A DNA stretch of 41,109 bases from Patescibacteria group bacterium (lineage in GTDB: Bacteria > Patescibacteriota > Microgenomatia > UBA10105 > UBA927), in the NCBI GenBank assembly GCA_038064255.1, contig JBBTTM010000011.1, positions 1 through 41,109 of the forward strand, given 5' to 3'. Positions 35,376-41,109 of this stretch are shown piece by piece. A model generated the notes under the pieces. The model was not told where the DNA came from, made no database searches, and saw only the letters and a program-made list of their open reading frames with translations. Made by a program: the position numbers and the translations under genes. The first letter of the stretch is position 1; each line of letters begins with the position of its first letter.

Positions 35376-36488
35376 ATGCAAAAAGATTTTATTTTTACCT
35401 CAGAATCAGTCTGTGCAGGGCACCCGGATAAAATTTGCGATCAGATTTCCGATGCGATAGTCGATGCGGTATTGAGCATTGATCCCTATGGCAGAGTTGC
35501 TATTGAGACATTGGTAAGTGAAAATCAGGTGGTCATTGCGGGCGAGGTGACCTCCGAAAAAAAAGTGAACTATGAAAAAATAGCCAGACGGGAAATAAAA
35601 CGGCTCGGGTACACAGAACCATTGTATCGGTTTACTGACAATTCACCGGTATATGTAAACGTTCATGAACAATCTTGTGAAATTGCACAGGGTGTAGATG
35701 AGGCCGGGGCAGGGGATCAGGGGATGATGTTTGGGTATGCCACAGATGAATCGACGAATTTCATGCCGCTACCCATAGAGCTTGCTCACTGCTTGGCGAT
35801 GCGTCTGGATGAGGTACGGGAATCTGGTCTGCTTTCATATCTTAGACCCGACGGGAAGACACAGGTGAGCATACGGTATAAAAATAATAAACCCGCAGAA
35901 GTGACAAGCGTAGTCATAGCGGTTCCTCATAGTGAAAAAGTAAAACTTCATCAAGTTAAATCAGATGTATTTCAAAGTGTGGTTCATTGGGTATTAGATA
36001 CATATGGGTTTACTTTTTTTGCGAAAGACTTGGTAGTAAACGGTACCGGAGTGTGGCATATCGGCGGACCTGCATCAGACACGGGTGTGACAGGACGAAA
36101 GATTGTTGTAGATACATACGGAGGCTTCGCGCGAGTAGGCGGCGGGGCTTTTTCCGGGAAAGACCCGACGAAAGTTGACCGATCCGGCGCGTATGCCGCG
36201 CGTTTTATAGCTAAAAACATTGTGGCCCATGGGTTGGCGAAAAAAGCTGAGGTGAGACTTGCGTATGTCATAGGGGTCAAAAAACCTCTGATGCAGGAGG
36301 TAGAAACGTTTGGTACAGAAACGGTTTCTTTTAAGATACTGCGCGAGTTTGTTTCACGGCTTATTGATACGTCGGTATCCGGCATTATAAAAAAGCTTGA
36401 TCTTAGAAAGCCGCAATATTTAACTACGGCCGCGTATGGCCACTTTGGCAGAGAGGGATTTAATTGGGAAAAAATTGAGAAAAATTGA
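35376..36488 (+). CDS. metK: S-adenosylmethionine synthetase
   Basis: FTSESVCAGHPDKICDQISDAIVDAVL, GAGDQGMMFGYA and GGGAFSGKDPTKVDRSGAYAARF are canonical MetK blocks. The start at ATG 35376 gives 370 aa; the track ORF starts upstream inside the leader. Confidence 0.9.
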   Translation: MQKDFIFTSESVCAGHPDKICDQISDAIVDAVLSIDPYGRVAIETLVSENQVVIAGEVTSEKKVNYEKIARREIKRLGYTEPLYRFTDNSPVYVNVHEQSCEIAQGVDEAGAGDQGMMFGYATDESTNFMPLPIELAHCLAMRLDEVRESGLLSYLRPDGKTQVSIRYKNNKPAEVTSVVIAVPHSEKVKLHQVKSDVFQSVVHWVLDTYGFTFFAKDLVVNGTGVWHIGGPASDTGVTGRKIVVDTYGGFARVGGGAFSGKDPTKVDRSGAYAARFIAKNIVAHGLAKKAEVRLAYVIGVKKPLMQEVETFGTETVSFKILREFVSRLIDTSVSGIIKKLDLRKPQYLTTAAYGHFGREGFNWEKIEKN

Positions 36489-36574
36489 GAGAGGGAGCTT
36501 GTTGAGATGAATACAAAGAACGGAGAAGTTTTGTTTCATCATGAGATCACCAATCAATGGATCTGGCGAAAATA

Positions 36575-36693
36575 TTAATCTTTACATTCCGAACTCTTTT
36601 TTGATTGCGTCTCTCTATATTCCCGTGTTAGTGTTTGATCAAGTAATTTTTCATTATACTTTCCGATAAAGACAACGAGGCTGTCATATCTTG
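36575..36693 (-). pseudogene. C-terminal remnant of a paralogue of the 34601..35125 gene
   Basis: The minus-strand translation PRYDSLVVFIGKYNEKLLDQTLTREYRETQSKKSSECKD* compares with RPDDSLVVFVGENDEKLLDQKVTREYIETQSKKSVECGD* in the intact gene. The DNA similarity is visible directly, and the upstream part is lost. Confidence 0.7.
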
Positions 36694-36732
36694 GAGTTTC
36701 CAGATTTAAATAAGAGAAGTATACTGTATCTC

Positions 36733-37944
36733 ATGACCTCATTAAACCGCGAAGAACGACATCTTATCGCTATCCAAGGACTGTATTTTTTTGCGGGCGG
36801 GCTTGCATCCATATTCGTCACGATTTTTTTGTTCGCACATAGCGATCTGCGAACCACGATTTTTTTTCAGTTCTGGACATTTAGTTCTACTTTGTTTTTT
36901 TTCGAACTTTCAGGATGGTCCTTGCGAAAATTTTCATCCGGTGCACATATGAAACTCAGTGTCGCTACCAGCGCACTTTTTTATTTGCTTCTTTTTATCC
37001 TGCAGGATCGGACAATACGTTATCTCATCCCGCTCGCTTTACTCAATGGGTTTGGGATAGGGATTTACTGGGCTGCATATAATCTCAATCAATATATCTT
37101 TTCGAATGAAGCAAAGCGAGAGCAGTATTTTGGCTATTCGAGCGCCTTGGTGAACATGCTGAGCGCCGTAGCGCCGTTTTTAGGCGGTGTGATTATTTTC
37201 ATCGGAAGTAGCCTCTGGTATGGGGCAAGCGCCGGATATGCGATATTATTTTTCCTCGTATTTTTATTGCGTGCATTCATGATATTTTTCATCGGTAAAT
37301 TACCAAGTCATGAGATGCCATTGTTTTCGTATCGGCACATGTTTACCAAACACAGATCAAGGAGATGGACGTTGGTTTTGTGGCAACATATCTTGTTTGG
37401 GATGTATGATATCGCATTAGGCACGGTGACCGGTGTTTTGTTTTATCTCATCTTGAAAGAGGAAGTCTGGGTTGGGGCTGTGCAGACAGTCGGATATATA
37501 CTGGGAACAGTTGGTGGAGTAACCTGCGCAAAGCTATTAGAAAAGCAACATAGGTATTTTTGGGTAGGGGCTATCGGGCTGTCAGCGGCACTCGTTGTGT
37601 TTGCCCTCTTTCAAAATCCGGTTGGGCTTTGGATATTTGTCATCATTTCAGGATTTACCGGTCCGTTTCTTAATACATGGATTTCGAGTCTGTGGTTTCA
37701 GACTATGGATACCATCGCAGATCATTTTCGGAATAAATATCATTTATTATTGGAGCGCGATATGGCGTTAGGCCTGAGCCGGATAGTCAGCTTAGCCTTC
37801 CTTTATATATATCTTTCCTATGGAGACCAAGTAGCACTTGCCAAAGAATGGCTTTATTTTTTACCCATATTACCCCTTGGAATCGGCATATTGCTGCATA
37901 TGAGCGGATCACCAGAGAAGAAGCACCTCTCGAAGGGTATGTAG
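36733..37944 (+). CDS. MFS-type transporter
   Basis: About 12 TM helices in two halves, with a central basic loop (FTKHRSRRW). The ATG at 36733 is preferred over the TTG at 36691. Confidence 0.6.
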   Translation: MTSLNREERHLIAIQGLYFFAGGLASIFVTIFLFAHSDLRTTIFFQFWTFSSTLFFFELSGWSLRKFSSGAHMKLSVATSALFYLLLFILQDRTIRYLIPLALLNGFGIGIYWAAYNLNQYIFSNEAKREQYFGYSSALVNMLSAVAPFLGGVIIFIGSSLWYGASAGYAILFFLVFLLRAFMIFFIGKLPSHEMPLFSYRHMFTKHRSRRWTLVLWQHILFGMYDIALGTVTGVLFYLILKEEVWVGAVQTVGYILGTVGGVTCAKLLEKQHRYFWVGAIGLSAALVVFALFQNPVGLWIFVIISGFTGPFLNTWISSLWFQTMDTIADHFRNKYHLLLERDMALGLSRIVSLAFLYIYLSYGDQVALAKEWLYFLPILPLGIGILLHMSGSPEKKHLSKGM

Positions 37945-37973
37945 CAGTCCATGGAGTATCTATCTAAGAAAGG

Positions 37974-37991
37974 AAACGGTCTTTACCGTTT
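37974..37991 (+). terminator. Weak candidate hairpin after the MFS gene
   Basis: aaacggt-cttt-accgttt forms a 7-bp stem, with no extended T run after it. Confidence 0.3.
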
Positions 37992-38033
37992 GCGCGGTGA
38001 TTAAAAGTTGCAGGAACGGAGTACAATATATAC

Positions 38034-38417
38034 ATGACAGGATTTGTAGGAAACATAGAGCAGGTAACGCGTGCAAATACAAACTTCAGGCAGGTGCTTT
38101 TTACCTCACAGCACGCACAGCTTGTCGTTATGTGTCTCCAGTCAAGTGAGGATATTGGGCTTGAGGTACATGAAATCGTTGATCAATTTATTCGTATTGA
38201 AGTTGGAGCGGGAAAAGCAATTCTCAATGGGGAAGAACATACCATAAAAGATGGTGATGTCTTAATGGTTCCTGCAGGTGTTAAGCACAATGTGATCAAT
38301 ACGTCTTCAGAATATCCGCTCAAACTTTACACAGTATATTCACCTCCGCATCATAAGGATGGGACAATCCATATATCTAAATTAGACGCAGAAAAGGATT
38401 CCTCGGATCATATATAG
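38034..38417 (+). CDS. Cupin-domain protein
   Basis: GLEVHEIVDQFIRIEVGAGKAILNGEEHTIKDGDVLMVPAGVKHNVINTS matches the two cupin motifs. Confidence 0.75.
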   Translation: MTGFVGNIEQVTRANTNFRQVLFTSQHAQLVVMCLQSSEDIGLEVHEIVDQFIRIEVGAGKAILNGEEHTIKDGDVLMVPAGVKHNVINTSSEYPLKLYTVYSPPHHKDGTIHISKLDAEKDSSDHI

Positions 38418-38435
38418 TGTTGGCGTAATTCAGTG

Positions 38436-39074
38436 TTAAATTTTGTGTTTCCAGATATTTAGAAAATCGTCAGATGATCCGACACGGGCGCAGAGGCAGG
38501 GGAATGTGAAATCTAATAATAATTTTTGAATTTTCTGTCTGTTTTCTGAATCTGTGGTTTCGACGAGGTCTTTTAGAACGACAAAGTTATACCCCATGGA
38601 AAATCCGCTCATAACGGATGAAAGGACACACCCGTCGGAAAATATACCTGTCGTGACTAAGTATTTTATTCCTCGTTTATTGAGTTCGCTTATGAATTCT
38701 TTATTGGAGAAAACGTCATTGGTGTTTTTCGTAATGACAGTATCAGTAGGTATAGGGGATAGAGCGTAGAATTTTTCTGCAAACCCAGATTGGTCTGCGG
38801 TGTAGTATATGACTCGCTCATCCTCATAGAGTTCGTTTATGTTTTTCTTTACAAATTCCTTCTGCCAGGGAACGGTATTTGTAAGAAACACGTTTGTGTT
38901 TACTGTTTTTCTGTATGTATGTATAAACGCTTCCAGTTTCGGAACCATGGTTCTGATTTTAGAAAATGTGATATTCCATTTTTTTATTTCGCATGATTCA
39001 TCTGCACACGAGTTGATGACGTCTATCACAAGTAACCCAGTATTTTTAGAATTCATCCCTTTAAACAGAAGCAT
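38436..39074 (-). CDS. Isochorismatase-family cysteine hydrolase
   Basis: GLLVIDVINS (catalytic Asp region) and TTGIFSDGCVLSSVMSG (catalytic Cys). Confidence 0.7.
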   Translation of the reverse strand: MLLFKGMNSKNTGLLVIDVINSCADESCEIKKWNITFSKIRTMVPKLEAFIHTYRKTVNTNVFLTNTVPWQKEFVKKNINELYEDERVIYYTADQSGFAEKFYALSPIPTDTVITKNTNDVFSNKEFISELNKRGIKYLVTTGIFSDGCVLSSVMSGFSMGYNFVVLKDLVETTDSENRQKIQKLLLDFTFPCLCARVGSSDDFLNIWKHKI

Positions 39075-39153
39075 GAGTCTATAGTACCAAATTATGCATT
39101 ATTTTTTATACTCATTTTTTCTGATAGCCATACATGAGTGATACAATCACTGT

Positions 39154-39576
39154 ATGTCTTGGTTATCGTATGCGCTTTTATCTGCTTTTTTTGCCTCCCT
39201 TACAGCTATCTTAGCAAAGATCGGTATAAAAGGAGTTGATTCAAATATTGCTACCGCGATACGCACAGTCGTCATTCTTCTGTTTGCCTGGAGTATCGTC
39301 CTGTACCAAGGCACATTCAAACAACTTCAGTCACTTTCCAGATTTTCGCTGGTATTTCTTATTCTCTCCGGGATTGCGACCGGATTATCCTGGCTTTTTT
39401 ATTTCCGGGCACTCCAGCTTGGCAAAGCGTCTGAGGTCGCACCGATCGATAAACTGAGCCTCATTTTCACGATAATTTTAGCGGCTTTGATATTAAAAGA
39501 AAAAGTGACTATAAGCACGTTTATAGGCGGAATTCTTATGGTTGCAGGTGCGCTATGCATCGGGTGGGGAAAATAG
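39154..39576 (+). CDS. Single-EamA-domain small permease
   Basis: 140 aa, 4-5 TM helices, ending in the EamA-type LKEKVTISTFIGGILMVAGALCI. Confidence 0.7.
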   Translation: MSWLSYALLSAFFASLTAILAKIGIKGVDSNIATAIRTVVILLFAWSIVLYQGTFKQLQSLSRFSLVFLILSGIATGLSWLFYFRALQLGKASEVAPIDKLSLIFTIILAALILKEKVTISTFIGGILMVAGALCIGWGK

Positions 39577-39602
39577 AAGCGAAATAATTGGATGCGTGCG
39601 GT

Positions 39603-40208
39603 TTATTTCTCGTAAACAGAGAGCTCGACATAAAAATCTACCGCAGGAAATACATCAAGATATTCCACTGTTCCGGGTTTGCGGTTTTCTCTGGTAAAAA
39701 CAAGCGGAAAAGAGTCAGTCACATAATGAGGAGTACCTGAATCTTTTTTTGGGACTCGCGGAAGCTTTTTCCAGCTTGCATCCATACTATTTACAAATAG
39801 GGCTGCTGATGTGTCTTTAAATTGATTCGCATTATCGATATGATTTGTGTATTCAACCCCAATTGATGACCAGGCAGTTTTCTCTTCAAATGTATAGGAG
39901 AAAGAACAAGTAGCAATGTCAGAGTATTTTAGTTTTTCAGGCATCATTTTTCTCGTGTACAGTGTTGGGCCGGTCCTGATGGGATCTGATTTTTTCTTAT
40001 AGGTAAACGGCGGACCAGGGATTTTGACAAGTTCTTTATTGCAGTACGACATCTTCCAGTCAGGATCGGTTTTATCAACTCCGGTAACTAATTTTTGAAG
40101 AAATGGGATTTTGTTATACGAGATGGATAAACCACCACCAGTCATTACGAGTACGACAAGGATAAAAACAGCTAATGAAGGAAACATGCGGACAGCTTTG
40201 CTCTTCAT
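39603..40208 (-). CDS. Membrane-anchored or secreted hypothetical protein
   Basis: 201 aa with an N-terminal hydrophobic helix (FPSLAVFILVVLVMTGG). No motif recognised. Confidence 0.5.
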   Translation of the reverse strand: MKSKAVRMFPSLAVFILVVLVMTGGGLSISYNKIPFLQKLVTGVDKTDPDWKMSYCNKELVKIPGPPFTYKKKSDPIRTGPTLYTRKMMPEKLKYSDIATCSFSYTFEEKTAWSSIGVEYTNHIDNANQFKDTSAALFVNSMDASWKKLPRVPKKDSGTPHYVTDSFPLVFTRENRKPGTVEYLDVFPAVDFYVELSVYEK

Positions 40209-40406
40209 GCTAATAGTGTAACAGAAAAGATTTATCCTGCAAAAGTCAAACTTCTGAAAAAAATACAGGATATTCGTCCAAGGCAGTTTAGAAAAGGATT
40301 AGAACGAGAGGGAACAATTACCCATTTGTATGTATGAATAGAATTGTATTATAAGATTTTTTTCGGGTGATATTCGAACGTATAATTTCGTGACATAATA
40401 ATAGGT

Positions 40407-41109
40407 ATGGGTTTCCACCAGCAACTTCGATTTCCAAAATTTCAGCTTACTCTGATATTATTGCTGCTAGTTTTTTCTACTTTATTGAATTTTTCTGTAT
40501 TCACGGTCACGAGAATTATCATTCTTTCAGTTTTGTATACCATCGGTTTAGATCTTTTATTTAACTACTTTCGAAAGCAGACAGTCTATACGCCGTATGC
40601 AGCTCTTGTGACCGGACTTATCTTCGGCCTTACCATACATCCATATCTCCCATGGTATGGCATTTTTCTCATTTCTCTCATCGCGATGGGAACAAAGCAT
40701 TTTTTACGGTTTTCCAACCGTCACATTTTTAATCCTGCTGCCATCGGATTAGTTTTTGGAAATATATTTCTTCTCAGCACTGTGAGTTGGTGGGGAGTAT
40801 CGTTTCAAGTTTTACAATTATCATGGTACAATTTTTTTGTTTTTTTTATTCTTTTACTTCCTCTCTACGTTTCTTGCATTCGAATGAAACGATGCGGAAG
40901 CGTATGTGCATTCTTGTTTGTCTATGCAGCGTTACGTTTCTTCCTCCACACTGTCTCGCCGATTACGTCTCTGGTAGATCCGACAGTTCTCTTTTTTGCC
41001 TTAGTTATGCTTCCGGAACCTATGACTTCACCAGTAAAGAAATTCCGGCAGATACTCTATGGAGCATTTGTTGCCATTGCCTCATTCGTATATTTTTATC
41101 TTCCGTTTA
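40407..41109 (+). CDS. RnfD/NqrB-like membrane protein (partial; runs off the window end)
   Basis: The frame is open from ATG 40407 to the end of the window and is absent from the ORF track because it has no stop. It contains HIFNPAAIGLVFG and MLPEPMTSP, typical of the RnfD/NqrB family. A TATAAT lies at about 40381. Confidence 0.55.
   Translation, partial: MGFHQQLRFPKFQLTLILLLLVFSTLLNFSVFTVTRIIILSVLYTIGLDLLFNYFRKQTVYTPYAALVTGLIFGLTIHPYLPWYGIFLISLIAMGTKHFLRFSNRHIFNPAAIGLVFGNIFLLSTVSWWGVSFQVLQLSWYNFFVFFILLLPLYVSCIRMKRCGSVCAFLFVYAALRFFLHTVSPITSLVDPTVLFFALVMLPEPMTSPVKKFRQILYGAFVAIASFVYFYLPF

Overview
AT-rich (by eye), densely coded bacterial chromosomal window. It follows the standard bacterial code: TAA, TAG and TGA all terminate clear ORFs, and ATGA-type 4-8 nt gene overlaps are common. 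The housekeeping and envelope content includes dnaG-rpoD, metK behind a SAM-riboswitch-like leader, a DipZ-like disulfide reductase, YfhO and GT39-type glycosyltransferases and an L,D-transpeptidase. There are also NUDIX, Fur and ArsR genes, five EamA/DMT permease paralogues and many orphan membrane or secreted proteins. This fits a small-genome uncultivated bacterium, possibly CPR/Patescibacteria (inference only). I read two tRNAs directly from the sequence: Arg-CCG at 6402-6473 (+) and Ser-GGA at 14386-14472 (-). The strongest candidate for a novel system is a divergent/convergent cluster at about 28.6-34.6 kb. It combines a CDP-archaeol synthase (CarS)-like protein, a UbiA-family prenyltransferase, a CDP-alcohol phosphatidyltransferase and a CTP-dependent polyprenol-kinase-like protein. 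It also holds a GNAT, a PEP-utilizing swivel-domain protein with no ATP-grasp domain, and a radical SAM/SPASM enzyme with two polytopic membrane partners. Together these look like an archaeal-type isoprenoid phospholipid head-group pathway in a bacterium. The second candidate is a 4.4-kb segment (9.7-14.2 kb) next to tRNA-Ser, bracketed by degenerate tRNA T-loop-like direct repeats. It carries a translationally coupled SWIM zinc-finger pair and an orphan AbiEii-like nucleotidyltransferase followed by a leaderless M23 peptidase. Other observations: a tRNA-Arg 3'-end duplication split by a GC-rich hairpin, a family of GC-rich hairpin repeats, and a possibly related in-frame insert in dnaG. Two genes are each broken by a single in-frame TAA. 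Tandem 10/20-bp repeats lie upstream of a Fic gene, and a paralogue remnant lies next to metK. All functional calls rest on motif recognition by eye; no database search was run.
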